A stretch of 64,000 bases of DNA, taken from assembly GCA_963743915.1 (NCBI GenBank), contig CAVURN010000001.1, positions 832,001-896,000 on the forward strand, given 5' to 3'. This DNA comes from an uncultured Actinomycetota bacterium. GTDB lineage: Bacteria > Actinomycetota > Actinomycetes > JAHEKZ01. A model generated the notes under the pieces. That model saw only the letters and a program-made list of their open reading frames with translations. It was not told the origin of the DNA and made no database searches. The position numbers were made by a program, and so were the translations under genes. This document shows, piece after piece, positions 53,239 through 62,815 of the stretch; the stretch's first letter is position 1; every line of letters starts with the position of its first letter.

Positions 53239-54402
53239 TCAGGTCAGCGAGTCGCCGGTCGAGGGACTCGGCCTGTGGGTCCCGGTGAGCACGTTGTACC
53301 GGTCCATGAGGTCGTCGAACTCCATGTAGACGTCCTGCAGGTGCCGGGCGCCGCTCTGGGGGTCGAAGGCCATGCGACCGTGCAGGACCCGGTGCGAGTG
53401 GACTGTGAGCAGATCACCTGTCTCAGACCTGAACGCGACCTTGTACGTGGGACTGTCGAGCATCCTGCCCAGCGTGCGGTACGCGTCGTAGAACGGCTCG
53501 ACGTCGTCGAACGGCACCTGCAGTGGCAGGGCGAGCTGGTTGGAGAACCGGAACGTGCGCACCCGCCCCGACGTGTCCAGCTGGACGAGCGGAGCAGTGG
53601 CCCGGGTGTCCTCGTCGTCGCTGAAGAGCTGGAACGTCACCGGAACTCGGCACAGCGTGTCGAACGCGTCCGGGTCCTGCCTGCGCAGGTCCGCCAGGAC
53701 GGACCAGCCGTCGACCACCGTGCTCTCGCCACCCTGTGAGTCGTTCACCAGGAAGTGGAGGAGCTGGATGCTGGGCGGCCAGTGGTAGCTCGGAAGGTCG
53801 GTGTGCGGCTTCAGCTCCAGCGCCGTGTGAGCCACGTTGTAGCCCTGGGGGTCATGGCGGACGTTGTGCACGCGTTCGAAGGCGGTCTCGCGCACGTGAC
53901 CGATGGTCTCGGCAAAGCGCTCCACCTCACGGTCCGACGACGGGGTGTGGGTGACGACGGCGACGCCGTACTGGCGCAGGGCGGTCAGGTAGGCCAGCTG
54001 GACGGCAGGCTCTCCCACGACTCCCGCGTGGTCGAACCGGGGGATCTCGGCCAGGTCCGACCGCCAGTGGACCACTGGCGGCTCGGGCTCGCGGGCCCCG
54101 TTGGAGTAGTCGTGGGCCATGAGCCATTCGACGCTGTACGTCGAGGCATGCCCGTCGCTCCAGTCCACCTGCACCGCCTGCCCGTCGGGAACCAGCAGCG
54201 CGTCGACGGCGGAGAGCTCCTGCGGAATGTCGGCGGTGTAGATCCGCCGTTCACCGGTCTGCAGGACCCGGCACTCACCGCACCAGCAGTTGTCCCGCAG
54301 CCAGACAAAGTGGAAGCGCGACTGCCGACCATCGGTGGCCAACGTCAGATGGCGCTCGGCGAGCGACAGGGTCGCGGTCGGGTGGGACGTCTGCTGGGTC
54401 AT
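53239..54402 (-). CDS. Gamma-butyrobetaine/trimethyllysine-dioxygenase-like TauD enzyme
   Basis: WLRDNCWCGEC...WSDGH zinc domain; PHTD; RVLHGR. Confidence 0.87.
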   Translation of the reverse strand: MTQQTSHPTATLSLAERHLTLATDGRQSRFHFVWLRDNCWCGECRVLQTGERRIYTADIPQELSAVDALLVPDGQAVQVDWSDGHASTYSVEWLMAHDYSNGAREPEPPVVHWRSDLAEIPRFDHAGVVGEPAVQLAYLTALRQYGVAVVTHTPSSDREVERFAETIGHVRETAFERVHNVRHDPQGYNVAHTALELKPHTDLPSYHWPPSIQLLHFLVNDSQGGESTVVDGWSVLADLRRQDPDAFDTLCRVPVTFQLFSDDEDTRATAPLVQLDTSGRVRTFRFSNQLALPLQVPFDDVEPFYDAYRTLGRMLDSPTYKVAFRSETGDLLTVHSHRVLHGRMAFDPQSGARHLQDVYMEFDDLMDRYNVLTGTHRPSPSTGDSLT

Positions 54403-54533
54403 GCACGGCTCCTCGTCGTCCAGGCAAGTGTCGTCCCGCTCCCAGGCTCTGACAAGGAACTTGCGGGGATCTGGGCATTCCGCATCCCACCCGGTCGCAT
54501 CGGGGCTAGATTCACCCGAAAGCGCGACGAGGG

Positions 54534-55499
54534 GTGATGCACGTGAACCGACTCGTGGTCCTCGGCGCTGCCGCCGTGACCGTGACGGGCCTGGCCAGCG
54601 CCCTCACACCGGCCCAGGCCGTTGCCCCCACCATTCCCGATCCGGTCATCGCTGCGGTGGGTGACATCGCGTGCAAGAACCCTCCTGGCAACAACAGGAA
54701 GGTCTGCCAGTACGACGACGTGGCGGCGCTGATCGAGCGACGAGGCTACGACCGGTTTCTCGCGCTTGGAGACATCCAGTACGAGAGCGGCGGCTACCGG
54801 GACTTCCGGCAGAACTACGACGTGTACTTCGGTGACCTCCTGAGCATCACCGAGCCGGTCCCCGGCAACCACGAGTACGGCACCGAGGGAGCCGCCGGCT
54901 ACTACCGGTACTTCGGTGACCGCTCTCGTGGTGCCGACGGCTACTACTCCTACGACCTCGGTGCGTGGCATGTCATCGCGCTCAACTCCGCGATCTGCCC
55001 TGCGGGAACGGGGTGCGGACCTGGAGACCCGCAGTACGAGTGGCTCAAGGACGACCTGGCCGCAAACCCTGCGCCGTGCACGTTGGCGTACTGGCACCAT
55101 CCGCGCTTCGACTGGCTGAAGTACCAGAAGGCCGACTGGACTGATGACTACGAGTTCCAGAAGTCGGCGCCGTTCTGGACGCTGCTCTACGACAACGGGG
55201 CGGACGTCGTCCTGAGTGGTCACAACCACAACTACAGCCGCTGGCTTCCGATGGACGCCGAGGGTCGGTTCGACCCACGACGCGGCATGGTCCAGTTCGT
55301 GTCAGGGGCCGGTGGACGGAACCTGAACGCGTTCGGTGGGCCGCAGACCCGCCCGGCGACCTTCGCCACTGGTCAATCGGCCGAGTTCGGGATCCTCGAG
55401 CTCACGTTGCACGACACCAGCTACGACTACCGCTTCCGGTCCACGCTGGGTGCTCGAAGCGCCTACATCGACCAGGGGTCGAACATCCGCTGCCACTGA
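54534..55499 (+). CDS. Secreted metallophosphoesterase
   Basis: GDIA, LGDIQY, PGNHEY, WHHP, GHNHNY. Confidence 0.88.
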   Translation: MMHVNRLVVLGAAAVTVTGLASALTPAQAVAPTIPDPVIAAVGDIACKNPPGNNRKVCQYDDVAALIERRGYDRFLALGDIQYESGGYRDFRQNYDVYFGDLLSITEPVPGNHEYGTEGAAGYYRYFGDRSRGADGYYSYDLGAWHVIALNSAICPAGTGCGPGDPQYEWLKDDLAANPAPCTLAYWHHPRFDWLKYQKADWTDDYEFQKSAPFWTLLYDNGADVVLSGHNHNYSRWLPMDAEGRFDPRRGMVQFVSGAGGRNLNAFGGPQTRPATFATGQSAEFGILELTLHDTSYDYRFRSTLGARSAYIDQGSNIRCH

Positions 55500-55603
55500 C
55501 GCGCCTGAGGAAGGTCGTCCCCTCGCGGCGCGTGATGCTGGCGGCCCCAGGCCGGGGCGACTAGCGTGAGCGCACGCGCAACACCCGGACGTGAGAGGAC
55601 ACC

Positions 55604-55879
55604 ATGAGCGGCGACCAGCCCATGAGCCAGCCCGCACCCCCTGCGGACATCAACTCCAAGAAGATCCTGTGCGGTGTGCTGGGAATTCTGTTGGGCGGGT
55701 TCGGTGTGCACCGCTTCCTGCTCGAGGACGTGTCGGGCGGCATCATCCGGATCGTCATCACCGTCGTCACCTGCGGAATCGGGTCGATCATCGGCCTGAT
55801 CGAGGGAATCATCTACCTCACCAAGTCGGACCAGGAGTTCTACCAGACGTACATGGTCGAGAAGAAGGCCTGGTTCTAG
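55604..55879 (+). CDS. TM2-domain protein
   Basis: GILLGGFGVHRF, IEGIIYL. Confidence 0.88.
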   Translation: MSGDQPMSQPAPPADINSKKILCGVLGILLGGFGVHRFLLEDVSGGIIRIVITVVTCGIGSIIGLIEGIIYLTKSDQEFYQTYMVEKKAWF

Positions 55880-55926
55880 TCCGACGCTGACGCGACCGCG
55901 GGCGGGGCCGTTGTACGCTCCGCCGC

Positions 55927-57447
55927 ATGAATCTCGTCGAGTGTGTTCCGAACTTCTCCGAGGGGCGGCGACCTGAGGTCGTCGACGCCATCGTCGACGC
56001 CATCTCGACCGTCGTCGGTGTCACCGTCCTCGACGTCTCCTCCGATGCCAGCCACAACCGGTCCGTGGTCACCTTCGTGGCCCATCCGGACATCGCGGGA
56101 GAGGCGGCCTTCCAGGGGATCGCGAAGGCCGCCGAGCTGATCGATCTCACGGTCCACGAAGGGGAGCACCCGCGGATCGGCGCCACGGACGTCTGTCCCT
56201 TTGTTCCGCTCGGTGACACGACCATGGAGCAGTGCGTCGAGCTCGCCCGGCACCTTGGGCAGCGGGTCGGTGACGAGCTCGACATCCCCGTCTTCCTCTA
56301 CGAGCGGGCGGCGACGCGTCCGGACCGCCAGAACCTGGTCGACGTGCGACGTGGCGAGTTCGAACGCGCCAGCAGCGAGATCGGGACAGACCCCGACCGG
56401 ACGCCAGACTTCGGCCCGAACGCGATCCACCCGACCGCCGGGGCCACGATCATCGGTGCCCGCCCCTTCCTGGTGGCCTACAACGTCTACCTGGGCGGTG
56501 TCGAGAACGTCGAGGTGGCCAAGGCGGTGGCCAAGGCGGTGCGGGGCTCCAGCGGTGGCCTCCGGTACGTCAAGGGGCTGGGTCTGGAGGTGGACGGGCA
56601 GGCGCAGGTCTCCATGAACCTGGTCGACACCGACCGGACGCCGCTGCACCGCGCCTACGACATGGTGCGCATGGAGGCGGAGGCGCGAGGTGTCACCCCG
56701 ACCAAGAGCGAGCTGGTCGGCCTGGTGCCCGAGCGGGTGCTGTTCGACGCCGCCGCGCACCACATCCGGCTTCCCGACTTCTCCACCGACATGGTCCTGG
56801 AAACCCAGGTGCGGGCTGCGACGACGACGGCACCGTCGCTCGGTGAGTTCGTCGCGAGCGTCGCTGGTGACGCACCGGTCCCCGGCGGCGGAAGTGTGAG
56901 CGCGCTGGCCGGGCAGCTCGCTGCGGCGCTGGCGCAGATGGTCGCGGGACTGACGGTGGGCCGCAAGAAGTACGTCGACGTGGAACCTGAGATGCGGGAG
57001 CTGGCACGGCAGGCACAGGCATTGGCCGACCGCCTTGGTCGGCTCGTCGAGGACGACGCTGACGCGTACGCACTGGTGAGTGACGCCTACCGGCTGCCGA
57101 AGGACGACGACGCGGCCGCCGCCGCTCGCGAGACCGCCATCCAGACAGCCCTGCGCACGGCCGCCGACGTGCCGTTGGAGACCGCTCGCGCGTGCCGAGA
57201 CGTGGCGCAACTCGCGGCCATCTGCGCGGCCAAGGGCAACCAGAACGCCGTCACCGACGCAGGCGTGGCGGCCCTTCTCGCCGAGGCCGGCTGTCGAGGG
57301 GCGGCCTACAACGTGCGCATAAACGTCGCGTCGATGTCGGACCGCTCCGCCGGGGAGGCGCTCTCAGCCGAGGTGGCCGGCCTGGTCGAGGCGACTCACG
57401 CCGCGGCCGTCGAGGCGACGACCCGGGTCGAGGCCGCGCTGGGCTGA
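55927..57447 (+). CDS. ftcd: Bifunctional glutamate formiminotransferase/formiminotetrahydrofolate cyclodeaminase
   Basis: ECVPNFSEGR, HNRSV, GEHPRIGATDV, QVSMNL fused to PVPGGGSVSA...NVRIN. Confidence 0.9.
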   Translation: MNLVECVPNFSEGRRPEVVDAIVDAISTVVGVTVLDVSSDASHNRSVVTFVAHPDIAGEAAFQGIAKAAELIDLTVHEGEHPRIGATDVCPFVPLGDTTMEQCVELARHLGQRVGDELDIPVFLYERAATRPDRQNLVDVRRGEFERASSEIGTDPDRTPDFGPNAIHPTAGATIIGARPFLVAYNVYLGGVENVEVAKAVAKAVRGSSGGLRYVKGLGLEVDGQAQVSMNLVDTDRTPLHRAYDMVRMEAEARGVTPTKSELVGLVPERVLFDAAAHHIRLPDFSTDMVLETQVRAATTTAPSLGEFVASVAGDAPVPGGGSVSALAGQLAAALAQMVAGLTVGRKKYVDVEPEMRELARQAQALADRLGRLVEDDADAYALVSDAYRLPKDDDAAAAARETAIQTALRTAADVPLETARACRDVAQLAAICAAKGNQNAVTDAGVAALLAEAGCRGAAYNVRINVASMSDRSAGEALSAEVAGLVEATHAAAVEATTRVEAALG

Positions 57448-57464
57448 GGGCCTGGACTCGATGG

Positions 57465-57821
57465 TCAGCCACGGCGCCAAGGCGCGCTGACGGCGCGTGC
57501 GGCGACGAGGGCGAGGATGACGGCGGCGACGGCCCAGACCATGCGTGCGGGGTCGATCGCGGGTTGCCAGCTCACCTTGCCGTGGTCGATGACGTAGGCG
57601 CCGGCGGGCTTGGCCATCATGCCGAACCCGCCCCCTTCCCCTTCCGGCCCGCCTTCGTCCTGACCGGTGCCGGCTCCGCCACCTCCGGCGACGCGTGCCG
57701 CCGGGATGACAGTGATCCCGTCCTGCTCGACCGCAGGGCCGTAGACGGTCGTCACGGACAAGGTGTCGCGGGCTTTGCTCAGCAGCTCTTCGACCTTCAC
57801 GAGTGGGCCTCCGTCCTGCAT
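57465..57821 (-). CDS. GerW/YtfJ-family protein
   Basis: VYGPAVEQDGITVIPAA, GGGFG...PAGAYVI. Confidence 0.8.
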   Translation of the reverse strand: MQDGGPLVKVEELLSKARDTLSVTTVYGPAVEQDGITVIPAARVAGGGGAGTGQDEGGPEGEGGGFGMMAKPAGAYVIDHGKVSWQPAIDPARMVWAVAAVILALVAARAVSAPWRRG

Positions 57822-57888
57822 GCCGATGCTCCTCCGTCCAGTCAACCGCCGGGACGCAGCGCGGACAAGGCCACTGGTCCCCTCTGCC

Positions 57889-58611
57889 ATGATCGACGAC
57901 ATGGCACACGAGACTCCCGCCGCACAGAGCCGACAACGTCGCCCTTGGGTGCCCTTGGGGGTCGCTCTGCTCATCCTCGGCCTGCTGGGGGGCGCGGCCG
58001 GCGGCGTGGCGCTCGCTGCTCAGGTGGGCGGTGACCTGGTGCGGGCCTTCAGCGCCGACCCCCAGGTCACACCCGTGCAGCTGGACCTCGACCTCAACGA
58101 GGGGACGTACATCGTCTACGAGTACACGGGCTCCGCCCGGTCGTCCGGTCCGATCACGACAGAGAGCTTCCGCGGCCTCACGGTCGCGGTCGGCGACGTG
58201 ACGGTGACCGCGCCCGACGGGTCGGACGTGCCGCTCTCCGTCCCGCGCTTCGACGAGACGCTCACCCGTGGTTCGTCGACCTACACCGGAGCCGTGAGCT
58301 TCGAGGCCGAGGACGAAGGCGTGTACCGGATCAGTGTCACGACACCGGACACGAGGATTCTCGTGGCACCGAGTCTGACGTCGATGTTCACCGGCTCGAT
58401 CGTCTGGATCGCGCTGCTGTGCCTGAGCGGGATCGTGTTCGCCGTCGGGGTCGTGCTCCTCGTGGTCGGTCTCGTCCGGAAGGCGCCGACGCCCGTCACG
58501 GCCGTGCAGTCGCCAGCAGTCGCGACCCCGGCCGGCTGGTACGCCGATCCGCACGGCCTCGCAGCGCTCCGGTGGTGGGACGGGCAAGCATGGACCGACC
58601 ACGTGCACTAG
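57889..58611 (+). CDS. Membrane protein with C-terminal DUF2510
   Basis: Two TM segments; PAGWYADP...LRWWDGQAWT. Confidence 0.82.
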   Translation: MIDDMAHETPAAQSRQRRPWVPLGVALLILGLLGGAAGGVALAAQVGGDLVRAFSADPQVTPVQLDLDLNEGTYIVYEYTGSARSSGPITTESFRGLTVAVGDVTVTAPDGSDVPLSVPRFDETLTRGSSTYTGAVSFEAEDEGVYRISVTTPDTRILVAPSLTSMFTGSIVWIALLCLSGIVFAVGVVLLVVGLVRKAPTPVTAVQSPAVATPAGWYADPHGLAALRWWDGQAWTDHVH

Positions 58612-58621
58612 TCGTTCGGCC

Positions 58622-59248
58622 TCACTCGAGATCGATCAGCTCGCCCTCCCAGGCCTCGATCCCCTCACGGATGGCGAACACGGCGATGACGAACCCTGCG
58701 GCCGGGTCCAGCCAAGAGGCACCGGTGAGCGCGTAGAGCCCGAGTCCGGCGAGGGTCGACAGGCTGAGCACGATGCAGATCTCGGTCTGGCGGGCATCGG
58801 TGAGGATGAGCCGGTCGTCGCCGAGAGCGTGCCCCACGCGCCGTTTGGCCACTGCCAGCACCGGCATCACCACGAGCGAGACGCCCAGGATCGCCAGGCC
58901 GAAGGGCGAGCTCTCCGGTTCGGCGCCGGAGACGAGCGCACGGCCACCCTCGATGACGACGTAGCCGGCGAGCACGAAGAAGCTGATCGCCACTCCGCGC
59001 AGAGCGCGCTGTTCCTTCACCGGGTCTGCGGCGCCGTGCCGGAGGCGCGCCGAGAGGCGCAGGCCGACCAGGACGGCGGAGACCGACTCGATCGCCGAGT
59101 CGAGACCGAAGCCGACGAGGGAGACGAGCCCGGCGGCCAGGCCGATGCTGACCGCCAGGACACCCTCGGCCACGTTGTACGCGACGGTGAACTGCGCAAG
59201 CCGCAGACCCCACCGCGTCAGCCGGGTGACCTCGTCGTCGGGTGGCAC
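58622..59248 (-). CDS. Cation-efflux-family transporter
   Basis: YNVAEG, GFGLDSAIE, WLDPAAG. Confidence 0.82.
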   Translation of the reverse strand: MPPDDEVTRLTRWGLRLAQFTVAYNVAEGVLAVSIGLAAGLVSLVGFGLDSAIESVSAVLVGLRLSARLRHGAADPVKEQRALRGVAISFFVLAGYVVIEGGRALVSGAEPESSPFGLAILGVSLVVMPVLAVAKRRVGHALGDDRLILTDARQTEICIVLSLSTLAGLGLYALTGASWLDPAAGFVIAVFAIREGIEAWEGELIDLE

Positions 59249-59295
59249 GGCGTCCGGTTGGGGCTCAGGCGTGGTGCTGGATGAGCGGCCCGCGC

Positions 59296-59922
59296 CTACG
59301 GCTGGGGAGTCCAGCGGAGGTAGGGCTTGACCTCTTCGACCTCACCGAACTTGGCCTTGGCGTCCTCGGTCGACATCGCCGGAGAGACGATCACCCGCTG
59401 GCCCGGTGTCCAGTCCGCGGGGGTGGAGACCGGCTGGGCATCGGTGAGCTGCAGGGCGTCGACCACTCGCAGGATCTCGTCGAAGTTGCGGCCGACCGAC
59501 TTGGGGTACGTCAGCGTCAGACGGACCTTGTTGCTCGGGTCGATGATGAAGACCGAGCGCACGGTCGAGGTGTCGCCCTCACCGGGGTGGATCATGTCGT
59601 AGAGCTCAGAGACCTTGCGGTCGGGATCGGCGATGATCGGGAAGTTGAGGGGGATGCCGCCGACGTCCTTGATGTCGGGCGCCCAGCCCTTGTGGTCCTC
59701 GACCGAGTCGACCGACACGGCGATCGTCTTGACTCCGCGCTTGCCGAACTCGTCGCTGAGTCCCGCGGTGCGACCGAGCTCGGTGGTGCACACCGGAGTG
59801 AAGTCAGCCGGGTGGCTGAAGAGGACGGCCCAGGAGCCGTTCTTCCACTCGTGGAAGTCGATCTGGCCCTCGGTGGTGTCGGCGGTGAAGTTCGGAGCCT
59901 CGTCGCCCAGGTGGATGCTCAT
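59296..59922 (-). CDS. 1-Cys peroxiredoxin (Prx6)
   Basis: FSHPADFTPVCTTELG, GRNFDEILR. Confidence 0.93.
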   Translation of the reverse strand: MSIHLGDEAPNFTADTTEGQIDFHEWKNGSWAVLFSHPADFTPVCTTELGRTAGLSDEFGKRGVKTIAVSVDSVEDHKGWAPDIKDVGGIPLNFPIIADPDRKVSELYDMIHPGEGDTSTVRSVFIIDPSNKVRLTLTYPKSVGRNFDEILRVVDALQLTDAQPVSTPADWTPGQRVIVSPAMSTEDAKAKFGEVEEVKPYLRWTPQP

Positions 59923-60089
59923 GGTGCCTCCTCGCACGCGTGTGGACGGGACACGTCCATTCTTCCCCCAGGGGGTCGCCGGCCCCGCGGCGGGGGGACC
60001 GTCGTGGCATCACGGCGAGCGGCCCATGTCTCGGTAGGGTCGGCGGGTCCGTCAGGGACCACGACATCGCGCAGCGAGGGGCGTCACGC

Positions 60090-61164
60090 ATGGAGGAAAC
60101 CGTCTTCGTCACGGTGCTGCTCGTCCGGTTCTTCCTGCCCTTCACCATCCTGCGATATCCGCTGCCCGGCGTGGTCGCCTGCCTGGTGGTCGACGGGATC
60201 GACCAGTCGATCTTCCAGGCCTTCGGCTTCGACCCGCCCTTCTACCAGTCCTACGACAAGGCGATGGATGTCTTCTACCTCGGAGTCGCGTACATCTCGA
60301 CGATGCGCAACTGGGTGAGCCTTCAGGCCTTCGAGGTCTCGCGCTTCCTGTTCTTCTACCGCCAGGTCGGTGTGGTCGCCTTCGAGCTGACCCAGGTGCG
60401 CACGCTGCTGCTGATCTTCCCGAACACCTTCGAGTACTTCTTCATCGCCTACGAGGGGATTCGGGCGCGATGGAACTCGGTCCGGTTCCAGATGAAGTTC
60501 TGGGTGGTGGTTGCCGCCCTGATCTGGATCTTCATCAAGCTGCCCCAGGAGTACTGGATCCACGTCGCCCAGCTGGACTTCACCGACACCGTCAAGGAGG
60601 TGTCCTGGTTCCTCCCGCTGATCGTGGTCGGCAGCCTGATCCTGCTGGCCATCCTCTGGTTCGTGGTCCGTCCCCGCCTCGACCCCGCCGATCACGGGTG
60701 GCAGATCAAGGCGCCGCCGTTGCCGGAGGGAATCGACGACGCCGGAGAGCGAGCCTCCTTCATGGCGCAGTACGGCCGGGTCTGGTCGGTCGCGTCGCTG
60801 GAGAAGGTCTTTCTCATCGGCTTGCTCTTCATCATCTTCAGCCAGGTGCTGCCCAACGTGGACGTGAGCAACCTTGCCCTGTTCCTCTGGGTCGCGGTCT
60901 TCGTGCTTCTCAACGCGATTCTCAGTCTCTGGGTGGCGCGCAAGGGATGGAGCACCGAGTCGGTGCTCAGCACCTTCGTCGCACGACTCGTGGTCAACGG
61001 CGTGATCCTCTTCGTCATCGACCTGTTCTTCTTCGAGCGGCTGGTGCTGGGCGCGGCGCTCTTCTTCCTGCATGCTGTTCAGCGTCCTGATCACGCTGTA
61101 CGACCGCTATCGTCCGGTCCATGAGTTCCGCTTCCACTCAGGACGGGTAGCGGACGCGACATGA
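60090..61164 (+). CDS. Multi-pass membrane protein (frameshift near 61070)
   Basis: YQSYDKAMD, FPNTFEY, KLPQEYWIH; restored frame ends in an ATGA overlap with the next gene. Confidence 0.75.
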
Positions 61165-61868
61165 CCCGTCCCGTCATCGGCATCTCCGCCTACCGCGAGC
61201 AGGCGCGCTGGGGGGTCTGGGACCAGCCCGCCGTGCTGATTCCGGCGACCTACGTCGACCAGGTGGCGGCTGCCGGTGGACTGCCCGTCGTGCTGCCGCC
61301 GTCGACCGGCCCGGACCCCCAGGTGCTCGAGCTGCTGGACGGGCTGGTGCTGGCAGGTGGCGCCGACCTCAACCCGGAGCGCTACGGCCAGGCACCCCAC
61401 GCCGAGACCGCTGGATGGCGGGACGACCGTGACGCCGGAGAGCTCGCCCTCGTCGACGGTGCGCTGGAGCGCGACCTCCCCGTGCTCGGGATCTGTCGCG
61501 GGCTGCAGATCATGACGGTGCACGCCGGGGGACGCCTCGAGCAGCACCTGCCCGACGTCGTAGGCCACGAGGGGCATCGCCCCGAACCCGGGGTCTTCGG
61601 CATCCATGACGTCACGCTTGCGTCAGGCTCACGGGTGCACGCCGTCCTGGGTGACCAGGTCAGCGTCAAGAGCTATCACCACCAAGGAGTTGGCGACGCC
61701 GGATCGCTCCACGTCACCGGCCATGCCCCCGACGGCTCGATCGAGGTGGTCGAGGTGCCGGGCAAGCGGTTCGCCGTGGGCGTCCTGTGGCATCCCGAGG
61801 CAGGGGAGGACCCTCGGCTGTTCGAGGCTCTTGTGGCTGCCGCTTCCACAGCGAGGGGGAGTCGATGA
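61161..61868 (+). CDS. Gamma-glutamyl-gamma-aminobutyrate hydrolase (PuuD/peptidase C26)
   Basis: LAGGAD, LGICRGLQ, SYHHQ, WHPE. Confidence 0.9.
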   Translation: MTRPVIGISAYREQARWGVWDQPAVLIPATYVDQVAAAGGLPVVLPPSTGPDPQVLELLDGLVLAGGADLNPERYGQAPHAETAGWRDDRDAGELALVDGALERDLPVLGICRGLQIMTVHAGGRLEQHLPDVVGHEGHRPEPGVFGIHDVTLASGSRVHAVLGDQVSVKSYHHQGVGDAGSLHVTGHAPDGSIEVVEVPGKRFAVGVLWHPEAGEDPRLFEALVAAASTARGSR

Positions 61869-62044
61869 GTCACGACGATCGAAACCTGTTGCGCACCTTC
61901 ACCGCCGTGGATCGACGGGCCGACCTACTGGTCGGGGTCCTGTCGTCAGGCGACTGACGGGCACCGCACACGATCCTCCATTGGAGGATCGGCTGCGTTC
62001 CGGAAACGTCAGGATCCCAACCGCAGGGAATCCGCCGATCCGGG

Positions 62045-62810
62045 TCACAGAGGGGTGACGTAGGCCCCGGAGATCCCGCCGTCGACCAGGAAGTTCGACG
62101 CCGTCATGAAGGAGGCGTCGTCACTGGCGAGGAACGCCACCGCGGCCGCGATCTCCTCCGGCTCACCGAAGCGGCCCATCGGCACGTGCACCAGGCGACG
62201 CTGGGCGCGCTCGGGATCCTTGGCGAACAGCTCGATGAGCAGGGGGGTGGCCACCGGGCCGGGGGAGACGGCGTTCACGCGGATGCCCTCGCGCGCGAAC
62301 TGGACGCCGAGCTCACGGGTCATGGCGAGCACGCCGCCCTTGCTGGCGGTGTAGGAGATCTGCGAGGTCGCTGCACCCATGGTAGCGACGAACGACGCGG
62401 TGTTGATGATCGATCCCTTGCCCTGACGCTGCATGTAGGGGATCACGGCCTTGCAGCCGAGGTAGACCGACGTGAGGTTGACCTCCTGGACGCAGACGCC
62501 ACGCTTCCAGGTCGGTCTCGAGGATCGAGTCGTCCTGAGGGGGTGAGATCCCGGCGTTGTGGAAGGCGATGTCGACGCTTCCGAAGGCGTCGACTGTCTC
62601 CGCATACATCCGCTGGTTGTCGTCCGGGCTCGTCACATCGGCATGGATGTACTTGCCGCTCACTGCTGCAGCCGCGGCCTCGCCGGCCTCGTCGTTCATG
62701 TCGACGATGACGACGGTGGCACCCTCCGAGGCCATCCGCTTGGCGGTGGCGAGTCCGATCCCGCTCCCCCCACCGGTGATGACGGCCACCCGGCCCTGGA
62801 GTCGATCCAC
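62045..62810 (-). CDS. Short-chain dehydrogenase/reductase (frameshift near 62495)
   Basis: TGGGSGIG, HNAG, YTASK. Confidence 0.9.
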
Positions 62811-62815
62811 CCTGA

